64,000 nucleotides of DNA from an uncultured Desulfospira sp. GTDB taxonomy: Bacteria; Desulfobacterota; Desulfobacteria; Desulfobacterales; Desulfobacteraceae. The position numbers were made by a program, and so were the translations under genes. The DNA lies in contig OY760175.1 in assembly GCA_963663165.1 (NCBI GenBank), positions 768,001 to 832,000 of the forward strand, written 5' to 3'. The first letter of the stretch is position 1, and the number at the start of each line of letters is the position of its first letter. The notes below the pieces were generated by a model that was not told the origin of the DNA, made no database searches, and saw only the letters and a program-made list of their open reading frames with translations. This document shows positions 19,597 through 29,204 of this stretch, in pieces.

Positions 19597-20685
19597 ATGG
19601 AAATACTGCGTGCCAAGACGATTGATTTAAGGCAGACACGGGAATTGTCCGCTGACCGTAAAAAAAATGCAATTCTCAATGAAAAAGAAGCCAGGCAGCA
19701 AAAAGCCGATCCTGTGTCTTATCCGCGGCGATTTGTCTTTGAACTGACAAACCGGTGCAATTTAAATTGTGTTATGTGCGGCCGTAATGCAGCAGATTTT
19801 AAACATACAACCTTTGATATATCCTGGTTAAAATTATTTGACTCCGTGGTAGATAAAGTCGAAGAAGTTACCCTTATGGGATGGGGGGAACCCACATTAC
19901 ACCCCGAGTTTCCCCAATTTCTTAAATGGGCGCACAAAAATGGAATGCGCAAATATTTCTGCACCAACGGCATGCGGCTGAAACGCCTGACAGACATTAT
20001 ATTTGACACTGAAACAGATATTATCGCCGTAAGCCTGGACGGGGCAGATGCAAAAACAAACAACCGTATCCGAAGGGGTTCTGACTTTAACCTCATTTTA
20101 AACAACATTGAATCAATCATTAACCGTCGCGGCAAATGGCCGTATATGAACTTTGTATTCACTGCTATGAAATCCAATATCAGCCAATTGCCGGCCATGG
20201 TAAAATTAGCCTCTGATTTTGGTTTAGATGAAGTCAAAGTTGTCTATCTGACGGCATTCAGTAAACCCATGGAAGAACAAACCCTGTACGATAACATCCC
20301 ATTGGTAAACCATATGTTTCATGAGGCCCAAATGCTTTCAGAAAAGTACGGCATTTCACTCAAGCTGCCTCATTTGCAGGGACAAGATCCGGCTTACGAT
20401 CTTTGCCATAAGACCTGTTATACCGGCTGGAGAGATTTTTTTCTAGGGTCTGACGGTTATGTCCGTCCATGCATGTCTTCACCAAACAAACTGTTTCATA
20501 TCAGAAGCTTCCCGTTATTTGACGACATGTGGAATTCAAAGCAGCTTCAAGAACACCGGGCAAAGGTAAACACGGATGACATGGAATCGGCCTGCCAGAC
20601 ATGCTATCAGTCCTCCTTTGCCAACTGGAATAAGAAAGAATCATTCCTTCAGACAAGTGAAAATTTTTCACCCGACTGGGAGTAG
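19597..20685 (+). CDS. Radical SAM protein with SPASM/Twitch domain
   Basis: CNLNCVMC, GWGEP, C-terminal C..GYVRPC..CxxC. Confidence 0.88.
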   Translation: MEILRAKTIDLRQTRELSADRKKNAILNEKEARQQKADPVSYPRRFVFELTNRCNLNCVMCGRNAADFKHTTFDISWLKLFDSVVDKVEEVTLMGWGEPTLHPEFPQFLKWAHKNGMRKYFCTNGMRLKRLTDIIFDTETDIIAVSLDGADAKTNNRIRRGSDFNLILNNIESIINRRGKWPYMNFVFTAMKSNISQLPAMVKLASDFGLDEVKVVYLTAFSKPMEEQTLYDNIPLVNHMFHEAQMLSEKYGISLKLPHLQGQDPAYDLCHKTCYTGWRDFFLGSDGYVRPCMSSPNKLFHIRSFPLFDDMWNSKQLQEHRAKVNTDDMESACQTCYQSSFANWNKKESFLQTSENFSPDWE

Positions 20686-20719
20686 TGCGGTGAAAAGTGT
20701 TATGAAAGGTAAACCATAA

Positions 20720-21493
20720 ATGAAAGTTGTTATATTGTGCGGCGGCATGGGAACCCGTTTAAAAGAGGAAACCGAATACAGGCCCAAACCCATGGTTAAA
20801 ATCGGGGATAAGCCGATCCTCTGGCATCTGATGAATATTTTTGCCTATTACGGATATAAAGATTTTATACTATGCCTTGGGTATAAAGGGGACATGATCA
20901 AAGAGTATTTTCTCAATTTTGAAATGCTCAACAACGATTTCACCATTAATTTGTCCCATCCCCAAAAAATAAAGATTCATCAATCAGTTTGCAGCGACTG
21001 GTCTGTAACCCTGGCCGATACCGGGGAAAAGACCTTAAAAGGCGGACGGTTAAAAAAAATAGAAAAATATATAAAGGGCGATATGTTTCTAACCACCTAC
21101 GGGGACAGTATTGGAAACATCAACATTCCGGCCCTGGTTCAATTTCATAAAAACCACGGTAAAATCGCGACCATCTCCGGCGTAACCCCGGCATCCAGGT
21201 TTGGCAAAATGAAATTAAACGGGGATCAGATCCTCTCGTTCCATGAAAAGCCCAAAGACTCAGGAACCCTGGCAAACGGCGGTTTTATGGTTTTTAGCAC
21301 AAAGATTTTTGATTACCTTACAGAAAATGACGACTGTGATCTTGAATACGGGCCTTTTGAACAGCTGGCCCGTGACGGCCAGCTGATGATGCACCGGCAT
21401 GAAGGGTTCTGGGCATGCATGGATACCATCCGGGATATGGAGTTTTTAAATGAATTATGGGAATCAGACAATGCCGGGTGGGTGTTTGAATGA
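20720..21493 (+). CDS. rfbF: Glucose-1-phosphate cytidylyltransferase
   Basis: VILCGGMGTRL.EET..PKPMV, TYGD, FWACMDT.RD. Confidence 0.9.
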   Translation: MKVVILCGGMGTRLKEETEYRPKPMVKIGDKPILWHLMNIFAYYGYKDFILCLGYKGDMIKEYFLNFEMLNNDFTINLSHPQKIKIHQSVCSDWSVTLADTGEKTLKGGRLKKIEKYIKGDMFLTTYGDSIGNINIPALVQFHKNHGKIATISGVTPASRFGKMKLNGDQILSFHEKPKDSGTLANGGFMVFSTKIFDYLTENDDCDLEYGPFEQLARDGQLMMHRHEGFWACMDTIRDMEFLNELWESDNAGWVFE

Positions 21494-21562
21494 TGGCCCA
21501 TCTTTACCGATGACTGACCTTGACTGAAAAAAACAAAATATGGGGGGAGACCGGGCCGTAAG

Positions 21563-22114
21563 ATGAGATTTAAGCCGACTGCTATTGACGGTGCGTACAC
21601 CATAGAACTCGAAGCGTTTAGGGATAACAGAGGCGCCTTTTCCAGACAATTTTGCACCCGGGAGTTTGAACAGATTGGGTTTACCGGCCCAATTGCTCAA
21701 ATCAACCATTCAGCGACAACCCAAAAAGGCACTGTCAGGGGATTACATTATCAACTGCCGCCGGCCTGCGAGACCAAAATAATCCGGTGTCTTCAAGGTA
21801 AAATTTTTGATGTCATGGTTGATTTGAGGGCTGGTTCCCCTACGTTTATGAAATGGCATGGCATTGAATTATCCAAAGCATCCTTGTCAATGGTCTTTAT
21901 TCCCGAAGGGGTTGCTCACGGTTTCCAGACCCTGACTGACCATGTAGAAATGATTTATCTTCATTCGGCCCACTACACGCCGCATTGTGAAAGGGGCATC
22001 AGGTTTGATGATGAACGGCTGTCCATTAAATGGCCGGAACAAGTGACCTGTATCTCTTCAAGGGATCTGGGATTTCCCGGGCTTGAAAAAACCTTTAACG
22101 GATTAACTTTGTAA
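21563..22114 (+). CDS. rfbC: NDP-4-keto-6-deoxyglucose 3,5-epimerase
   Basis: DNRGAF, GTVRGLHYQ, AHGFQTL cupin motifs. Confidence 0.88.
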   Translation: MRFKPTAIDGAYTIELEAFRDNRGAFSRQFCTREFEQIGFTGPIAQINHSATTQKGTVRGLHYQLPPACETKIIRCLQGKIFDVMVDLRAGSPTFMKWHGIELSKASLSMVFIPEGVAHGFQTLTDHVEMIYLHSAHYTPHCERGIRFDDERLSIKWPEQVTCISSRDLGFPGLEKTFNGLTL

Positions 22115-22131
22115 TTACAGGCGGTCTGCCA

Positions 22132-23376
22132 ATGAAATGCCGGCACTGCAACGCACCACTTGAACACATGTTTGTGGATCTGGGGTTTGCCCCGCCATCC
22201 AATGCATATTTAAGTCAAGATGATTTAAGAAAACCGGAAATCTATTATCCGCTCCGGGTCAGGGTCTGTGACCGGTGCTTTCTGGTCCAAACCGAAGATT
22301 ACACCAAGGCCGGTGATTTGTTCAACTCTCAATACGCCTATTTTTCCAGCACATCCGCCGGCTGGGTGGCCCATGCCGCCCGTTTTGTCCAAGAAATAAT
22401 CAAGCAGCTGTCTATTGGCCCTGACAGCATGGTTATTGAAATTGCATGCAATGACGGCTATCTGCTCAAGGAATTCATCAAAGCCAACATTCCCTGCCTG
22501 GGCATTGAGCCCAGTAAAAGCACGGCGCTTGCAGCCCAAAAAATTGGGATTCCGGTGTTAACGCAATTTTTTTGTGAGAAACTTGGCCTTGAACTTGAGT
22601 CCAGGGGCAGGCAGGCGGATTTGATTGTCGGCAACAATGTTTTTGCCCATGTGCCTGACATTAACGACTTTACCAGGGGGATGAAAATTGTCCTGAAAAA
22701 AGGCGGCACCATCACCCTTGAGTTCCCGCATTTAATGCGGTTATTGGAATTCTGCCAGTTTGATACCATTTATCATGAACATTATTCTTATTTGTCTTTG
22801 TATGCGGTAAACCGTATCTTTTCAGCCGCCGGACTACGTGTGTTTGATGCAAAAGAACTGCCGACCCATGGCGGAAGCCTGCGCGTTTATGGGTGTCATG
22901 ATGACGATATACGGCCTGTTAGTGACCGGGTTAATCAATTATTGCACGAAGAACAGATAAGGGGAATGCACACCCTTGAACCCTACCGGCACTTTCAGGA
23001 ACGCGCCGGCCGCATAAAAGACGATCTGCTTAAATTTTTAATCGCCCAGAAACAAGACGGCAAAAAGGTCGCGGCTTATGGGGCTGCGGCAAAAGGAAAC
23101 ACTTTATTAAACTATGCCGGCATTAAACCTGATTTAATCGAGTTTGTATGTGATGCCGCCCCTTCCAAACAGGGGCAATATCTGCCGGGCAGCCACATTC
23201 CCATTTGCCACCCAAATAAATTGTCAAAAGAAAAACCCGACTGGATTCTTATGTTACCCTGGAATATTGCCGAAGAAATTATGGTGCAGCAAAAACAGGC
23301 CGCCGACTGGGGGGGACGGTTTGTGACAGCTGTCCCCGAATTAACCGTGTTTCCTTTACCTGAAAAAAAACGGTAG
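22132..23376 (+). CDS. NDP-sugar C-methyltransferase
   Basis: N-terminal CxxC..CxxC Zn site, EIACNDG, DTIYHEH, HGGSLR, YGAAAKG. Confidence 0.88.
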   Translation: MKCRHCNAPLEHMFVDLGFAPPSNAYLSQDDLRKPEIYYPLRVRVCDRCFLVQTEDYTKAGDLFNSQYAYFSSTSAGWVAHAARFVQEIIKQLSIGPDSMVIEIACNDGYLLKEFIKANIPCLGIEPSKSTALAAQKIGIPVLTQFFCEKLGLELESRGRQADLIVGNNVFAHVPDINDFTRGMKIVLKKGGTITLEFPHLMRLLEFCQFDTIYHEHYSYLSLYAVNRIFSAAGLRVFDAKELPTHGGSLRVYGCHDDDIRPVSDRVNQLLHEEQIRGMHTLEPYRHFQERAGRIKDDLLKFLIAQKQDGKKVAAYGAAAKGNTLLNYAGIKPDLIEFVCDAAPSKQGQYLPGSHIPICHPNKLSKEKPDWILMLPWNIAEEIMVQQKQAADWGGRFVTAVPELTVFPLPEKKR

Positions 23377-23435
23377 GCGCGAATTGTTTATGGAGCTTAA
23401 AGTCAACCGGTTGACCGTATACAGGAAGAAAAACC

Positions 23436-24605
23436 ATGCCAGATAGACCCTGCCCGGCCTGCCACAGTATAGACGGTAATATCATCGTCCATTTGTCAGG
23501 ACTTGATTTTGATAACAGCCCGCTTCCTTTAGAACGGGACCTTGTCCAATGTTCAAAATGCGGTTTTCTATTTTGTTCTGCGCCGTACACTGAAACCTTG
23601 CTTTTCGAATATTACACCAATTACTACCAGGGAATCACCAGCAATGACCAAAGTTACCGCTTAAGCCATCTGCTTGATCGAAAAACATCGTTGACAGATA
23701 CGCTTTTAAATCATTGCTGTTCCAAACCCGTTGAAGAACTGATTATCTGTGATGTGGGCTGCGGCCGCGGGGAACTTCTTGAAAATTTTTACCGGAAAGG
23801 GGCAAGGCGCCTTTACGGGATTGATCCGGGATCTTTTCCCGAAGATGTCCTTTCAGTACGAAAATTTAAAACCATCAATTCAAGCTTTACGGATTTCAAA
23901 CTTCCGGAAAAAGCAGACATTGTTATTTCAACCCATGTTTTTGAACACCTGCTGAATATCACTTCAGCTATCCGTGCCATTGCCGATAATATTACGGATA
24001 ACGGAACGGTTTATATTGAAGTCCCGGACTCAGAAATCACCTCAGGACAAGGCGTGATGCTGTCAAACTATCTGCCCGAACATATCAACATGTTTACCGC
24101 ATGCCAGCTGTGCCGGCTTCTTAGGGAAAACGGCTTTGTGCCGCTGGCTGTCATCAAAGAAAAGATAAATTTCTGCGCTTCGCACATCCTCGGGGTGATC
24201 GCACGGTACCGGTCCATGGAAAAAGGAATTGACAGCAAAGAGAACCCGAATTTAGATCAAATTCAGGCCGTACCCCGGATGCCTTATAAAATAGATATCA
24301 TGTTAAAAAATTATGTCCATACATCAAGAACCGTGTATATCTGGGGAATAACCAATGTTATTTTCCAGCTTGCGGCTTACTCGGCATTAAAGGACTGCCG
24401 GACGGTTTTTATAGACAAAAGCACAAAAAAACAAAAACATACCATTCATGGGAAGCCTGTCAACAGCCCCGGAATTCTTTACGATGCGCCGGATGACAGC
24501 TGTGTGGTGATTGGTTCATATCTTCGTGGAGACTCTATCGTATCTGAATTAAAGGAGATGAACTATCCCGGGGAGATCATCAATAATTTCTACCATATGG
24601 ATTAA
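23436..24605 (+). CDS. Class I SAM methyltransferase with N-terminal Zn motif
   Basis: CPAC..CSKC, DVGCGRG, HVFEH, IEVP, EHIN. Confidence 0.8.
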   Translation: MPDRPCPACHSIDGNIIVHLSGLDFDNSPLPLERDLVQCSKCGFLFCSAPYTETLLFEYYTNYYQGITSNDQSYRLSHLLDRKTSLTDTLLNHCCSKPVEELIICDVGCGRGELLENFYRKGARRLYGIDPGSFPEDVLSVRKFKTINSSFTDFKLPEKADIVISTHVFEHLLNITSAIRAIADNITDNGTVYIEVPDSEITSGQGVMLSNYLPEHINMFTACQLCRLLRENGFVPLAVIKEKINFCASHILGVIARYRSMEKGIDSKENPNLDQIQAVPRMPYKIDIMLKNYVHTSRTVYIWGITNVIFQLAAYSALKDCRTVFIDKSTKKQKHTIHGKPVNSPGILYDAPDDSCVVIGSYLRGDSIVSELKEMNYPGEIINNFYHMD

Positions 24606-24627
24606 AGATAAGAAATGGAGATAAACT

Positions 24628-25737
24628 GTGGCTCTTAACAAACGTATGAAAGATTATCTGGAACCAAGGACCTATGCCCACATTGATGCCTTGTATGCAT
24701 TAAAACACCATCTGCCCCACCCGCCGGTTGAGGTTGAAATCTCGCCGACCTCCAGCTGCAACCAGAAATGCCGTTACTGCTATACATACAACCGGGACGG
24801 CAAGGCCACCCTTGAAAAAGATCATTATATTGATATTGTCCGCCAGGCGGCCGATTACGGGGTCAAATCCCTTCTGATCCAGGGGACCGGCGAACCCCTG
24901 GTCAACAAGTGGACCCCGGATGCCATTGAAGCGGCCGCCGCAAGGGGGCTTGACATTACCCTGTCCAGCAACGGGGCCCTTTTTGTTCCCGAAATTCAGG
25001 ATCGGGTCCTGGAAAAACTGTTTTATATCAGATTCAGTGTGATGGATTCAGACCCGGCCCGGTATGCCGTTGACCATGGCTGCGACCAGTCCCAGTGGCA
25101 TGATGTGGTCAGCAATATATCCTATGCGGCAAATTTAAGGGATAAAAACGACCTTGATGTTGTGTTGTGGTCCAGTCTCTATGCCAGTGAAGATAACTTA
25201 GGGAACATTGTACCCATCACCGGGTTTCTCAAAAACCTCGGGCTTGATTATATTTATATTTATGAGCCGGCCTATACCGAATTTTCTCCTGACGGCAGAT
25301 CAGAGTTTATTTCCAATCAGATCACCGCAGAAAAAGTTGAACAGATGCGAAAGGAATGCGAAAGCCTTATGGATGAAAATTTTCACGTATTTGTCTTTCG
25401 CAAAACCGGAACCACTTATTTTTCAGAAAATAACCGGCTTGGCAACTGGAAGAAAAATAACTGCACCGGCATTGACCTGTTCACCAGCATTTCAGCAACA
25501 TCCCATGTATACTCCTGCTGGCGGTTCTGGGGAAAAACAGATTACAGTTACGGAAATCTCAAGGAACAGACCTTCAAAGAGATCTGGGAAGGAGAAAAAC
25601 GGCAGAAAATCAGAGAATACATTTTTAAAACCCCGCCTGAGGATGATGGTTGTGTGGTCTGCGGCCACTGCAACATAAGCCAGTTTATTGCCAATGTTCT
25701 GACAACCAAAAACAAATGGAAAAATATTTTATACTGA
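24628..25737 (+). CDS. Radical SAM/SPASM protein
   Basis: CNQKCRYC, GTGEP, YGNLKEQTFKEIW, CxxCxxC. Confidence 0.88.
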   Translation: MALNKRMKDYLEPRTYAHIDALYALKHHLPHPPVEVEISPTSSCNQKCRYCYTYNRDGKATLEKDHYIDIVRQAADYGVKSLLIQGTGEPLVNKWTPDAIEAAAARGLDITLSSNGALFVPEIQDRVLEKLFYIRFSVMDSDPARYAVDHGCDQSQWHDVVSNISYAANLRDKNDLDVVLWSSLYASEDNLGNIVPITGFLKNLGLDYIYIYEPAYTEFSPDGRSEFISNQITAEKVEQMRKECESLMDENFHVFVFRKTGTTYFSENNRLGNWKKNNCTGIDLFTSISATSHVYSCWRFWGKTDYSYGNLKEQTFKEIWEGEKRQKIREYIFKTPPEDDGCVVCGHCNISQFIANVLTTKNKWKNILY

Positions 25738-25765
25738 TTCAATCCCAATAGAATCGGCAGTCATC

Positions 25766-26962
25766 ATGCTTGATATAAAGACCGGCATAAAACTTTTAAG
25801 ACCCTGTGTGGTATGCGGCACAGATCACGGCATACAGCTTGGCCAGCTGGATTTTGCCATTTATGATTCGTTCAGTATCGGTAAAAATACCCGGGTTGTA
25901 TGCTGCTGTGAATGCGGTGCTGTTTTTTATGAAACCCATTCAACACAAAAAGATTACCTTGCTTACTATGAAGCCTATGAGTTTAACCATACCTGCTCAT
26001 CACCCGGCACCGGCAGCTGCCTTGAACAGGACACCGCCCGCTTTGAAACGATTTTCAAGCTGATTTCACCCCTGAATATGCCCCCGGATGCGGCGATTGC
26101 CGATATTGGATGTGCCAGAGGCGGGCTTTTAAAAACACTGTTCAACCATGGATACACCAACCTTACGGGCATTGACCCCCTTGCGGCCAACTTGACATTT
26201 CCAAAAGAATACGCCCCTATTTCAACCGTTACCGGGAACGCCTCAAAAATCCCGTTTGAAGACAGCCGCTTTGATTTGATATGTTTAACCCATACACTTG
26301 AGCACCTCTTTTCGCCGAAAACCTCCCTTTCCGAAATTTACAGAGCCCTTAAGCCCGGCGGTCACCTGTTTATCGAAGTGCCCAACGCGTCGGCATATCC
26401 GGGTTTTCCTCAAGCGCCTTTATGGAACTTTCTTTACGAACATATCAATCATTTTGATGCCGCAGCCTTAATTAACCTGACCCGTGCCTGCGGTTTTTCT
26501 GCAAAGTCCGTTCACACATCCGATCTGGTGCAGAACCAAAACAAGGATGAATCCCTTTACGGGGTGTTTAAAAAAGAGCCCGTACAAAATGGGCAGCTGA
26601 CCCCCGACTTTTCACTGGCCAAAAAGCTTGAAGGCCTTTTTAAACCGCCTGATACCATCACCTGCTTTCTCAATGAATATTCAAACACAAAAAAGACGCT
26701 CCATGCCTGGGGATTATCGTCATACATGCTGTATCTGCTGGAAACTTACTTGTATCCGAACTTTTCATCAATTAAACTCTACGACAAAGACCCGTATAAA
26801 CAGACCTTGACCATTCACAGCCAAAAAATTTCAGACCCTGAGAATTTAAAGCGGCTGTCCCCCCGAACAGATATTGTCGTCATCACCACAACCCCCTACA
26901 TAGACAAGATGAAAAATTATTTTGGGTTACTTAATACGGGTCTGCCGTTATCCATACTTTAA
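25766..26962 (+). CDS. Class I SAM methyltransferase, same family as 23436-24605
   Basis: CVVC..CCEC, DIGCARG, HTLEH, IEVPN, EHINHF. Confidence 0.8.
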   Translation: MLDIKTGIKLLRPCVVCGTDHGIQLGQLDFAIYDSFSIGKNTRVVCCCECGAVFYETHSTQKDYLAYYEAYEFNHTCSSPGTGSCLEQDTARFETIFKLISPLNMPPDAAIADIGCARGGLLKTLFNHGYTNLTGIDPLAANLTFPKEYAPISTVTGNASKIPFEDSRFDLICLTHTLEHLFSPKTSLSEIYRALKPGGHLFIEVPNASAYPGFPQAPLWNFLYEHINHFDAAALINLTRACGFSAKSVHTSDLVQNQNKDESLYGVFKKEPVQNGQLTPDFSLAKKLEGLFKPPDTITCFLNEYSNTKKTLHAWGLSSYMLYLLETYLYPNFSSIKLYDKDPYKQTLTIHSQKISDPENLKRLSPRTDIVVITTTPYIDKMKNYFGLLNTGLPLSIL

Positions 26963-26989
26963 GCTTTCAAAAACCATAAGGAGCCACCA

Positions 26990-27727
26990 TTGGACGAAAT
27001 AAAAAAATTTGAAGAACAAGTAAAACAGAACCTGATCAAACTTGGACATGACAAAGAGCTGCACGAGATCACCAAACAGTGGGTCATTCAAAGCAGCAAA
27101 GACAATTATGTCTATAATTTTAAATGGATGGGCAGGCCCGTGATTCAATTTCCCCAGGATATGGTTGCCATGCAGGAAATCATATGGGAGGTAAAACCGG
27201 ACCTGATTATCGAAACCGGTATTGCCCACGGCGGTTCTTTGATCATGAATGCCGGGTACATGGAAATGATGGGAATAACCAGCGGGCAGGTGCTTGGTAT
27301 CGATATTGACATCCGTGAACACAACCGCAGACAGATTCAAGAGCATCCGATGTATAAACGGATTACAATGTTTGAAGGGTCTTCCGTTTCAGATGATATT
27401 GCCCGAAAGGTAAAGGATTTTTCCCGCAGCTTTGACAAAATACTGGTCAGCCTCGACTCAAACCACAGCCACCAGCATGTGTTAAAAGAGCTTGAAATTT
27501 ATTCAGACCTTGTATCACCGGGCAGTTACTGTGTTGTCTGCGACACATCCATAGATGATTATCCGCAAATTCCTTTAGGCGACCGGCCATGGGGCGCCGG
27601 GGACAATCCCAAAACAGCAGTGGATGAATTTCTTAAACGCAATGATTCATTTGTTCTGGATAAAGACATTAAAAATAAACTGGTTATCTCATGTTCCGGG
27701 AATGGCTATTTAAAGCGGATTAAATAG
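26990..27727 (+). CDS. CmcI/cephalosporin hydroxylase family (probable sugar O-methyltransferase)
   Basis: WMGRPVIQFPQD, IETGIAHGGS, LDSNH.H.HV, GDNPKTAV. Confidence 0.88.
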   Translation: MDEIKKFEEQVKQNLIKLGHDKELHEITKQWVIQSSKDNYVYNFKWMGRPVIQFPQDMVAMQEIIWEVKPDLIIETGIAHGGSLIMNAGYMEMMGITSGQVLGIDIDIREHNRRQIQEHPMYKRITMFEGSSVSDDIARKVKDFSRSFDKILVSLDSNHSHQHVLKELEIYSDLVSPGSYCVVCDTSIDDYPQIPLGDRPWGAGDNPKTAVDEFLKRNDSFVLDKDIKNKLVISCSGNGYLKRIK

Positions 27728-27815
27728 TTTTCTTTAAAAACACAAATGCTGCGGGCAGACATTAAAATTTCCAACCGTCTGTAATGTTTAAAAAAAATAA
27801 TTTGCAGGAAGATAA

Positions 27816-28805
27816 ATGGCTAAAAAGGAAATAGTTTGGATTAACCGGAAAGAACGATCCGTTTTAAAAGATATTTTACCCCTTGAAGAACCTTTATCCA
27901 TCATCATAGAGCCCATAAATTTATGTAATTTTAAATGTACCTATTGCACACTGCCCCAGGATCAAAAAAACAAAATTAACCGGGGCCGGATGCCATTGGA
28001 CGTTTTTAATAAAATCGCTGCCGAGGCAAAGACCTTTAAAAAGAAATTAAAAACCATAAATTTTTCGGGTTTTGGAGAGCCGCTGATGCATACGGATCTT
28101 TCAAAGATGGTGCGCTTAGCCAAAGAGATTGCCCAGGAAACCGTTGTAATCACCAATGGGTCATTACTGACGAAAGAAAAAAGTGATGAATTGATCGCAT
28201 CAGGATTGGACACCATCAGAATATCCCTTCAAGGCGTCATCGCAGACCAGTGTTATCAAACTTGCGGCGTACGCATAAACATGGAAAAATTTGCGGCAAA
28301 CATCAAATATTTTTATGACAACAAACGTCAATGCATGGTTTATATCAAGGTCCCGGACCTTGCATTGGAAGAAAAAAGCCACGAGAAAATTTGCCATCAG
28401 ATATTTGATCCCATTTGTGACAGCCTGACAATCCAGCCCATTGCCCCTTTATTTGAAAGCGTGGATTATTCAAAAATAAAGAACAAATTTGACAAAAGCC
28501 TGTTGAACCAGCCCCTTTTGGAAACCGTCACGGTCTGCCCCCAGCCCTTTTACAACCTTCAAATATATGCCGACGGCGGCATCCAGCCCTGTTGCGCGCC
28601 AACCAAGCTTGTGATCGGAAATATTAATCAGACAGGCATGCTGGATGTCTGGAACGGCAGTCCCCTGAAAAAAATAAGACAGCTTCATCTTAAAGGTGAA
28701 AAGAGCCGTATCAAAGCCTGTAAAACCTGTGCCTATCCAAGATACGTCAACAATGCATACGATAACCTTGATGCGGCCGCCCCGGAACTGCTTTTAAAAT
28801 ATTGA
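27816..28805 (+). CDS. Radical SAM/SPASM protein
   Basis: CNFKCTYC, GFGEP, CPQPF..DG.IQPCC, CxxC. Confidence 0.88.
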   Translation: MAKKEIVWINRKERSVLKDILPLEEPLSIIIEPINLCNFKCTYCTLPQDQKNKINRGRMPLDVFNKIAAEAKTFKKKLKTINFSGFGEPLMHTDLSKMVRLAKEIAQETVVITNGSLLTKEKSDELIASGLDTIRISLQGVIADQCYQTCGVRINMEKFAANIKYFYDNKRQCMVYIKVPDLALEEKSHEKICHQIFDPICDSLTIQPIAPLFESVDYSKIKNKFDKSLLNQPLLETVTVCPQPFYNLQIYADGGIQPCCAPTKLVIGNINQTGMLDVWNGSPLKKIRQLHLKGEKSRIKACKTCAYPRYVNNAYDNLDAAAPELLLKY

Positions 28806-28882
28806 AGGCAGACCGGAGAACGAAAAGCCAAATTTGGTTATCGGTATCTTGCCTTTAATCATCCCATCGCTCTAAACAATTT

Positions 28883-29035
28883 GTAACTATTCAGCTAATG
28901 ATAGAAAATAAGCAGACATTAGGGGCCGTAACTATTCATCAGTGCTTCATATTTGTTTAGTCAGGTCTTCGTAGCATACTTTTGCTATGTGAGAAGGCCT
29001 GAATGAGCGAAGATGGGGCACTGCTGAATAGTTAC
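28883..29035. mobile_element. 153-bp MITE-like element
   Basis: Perfect 13-bp TIR GTAACTATTCAGC/GCTGAATAGTTAC; 8-bp direct repeat AACAATTT at 28875-28882 and 29036-29043. Confidence 0.8.
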
Positions 29036-29158
29036 AACAATTTAAGCAAGAGCAAAAAAAAACAGGCGGGACGGAAGAACAGGGTATGCCCCGTTAACAC
29101 CCGGCAAAATCAAAATTGGTTTCAAGTTTCGTTCAACTTTAAATTTAACCGATTCTAT

Positions 29159-29204
29159 TAAAATTAAGCAGGCTGATCCGGTAAAATTAAGCAGGCTGAT
29201 CCGG
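29159..29204. repeat. Perfect 23-bp tandem duplication covering the epimerase stop codon
   Basis: taaaattaagcaggctgatccgg x2. Confidence 0.9.
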
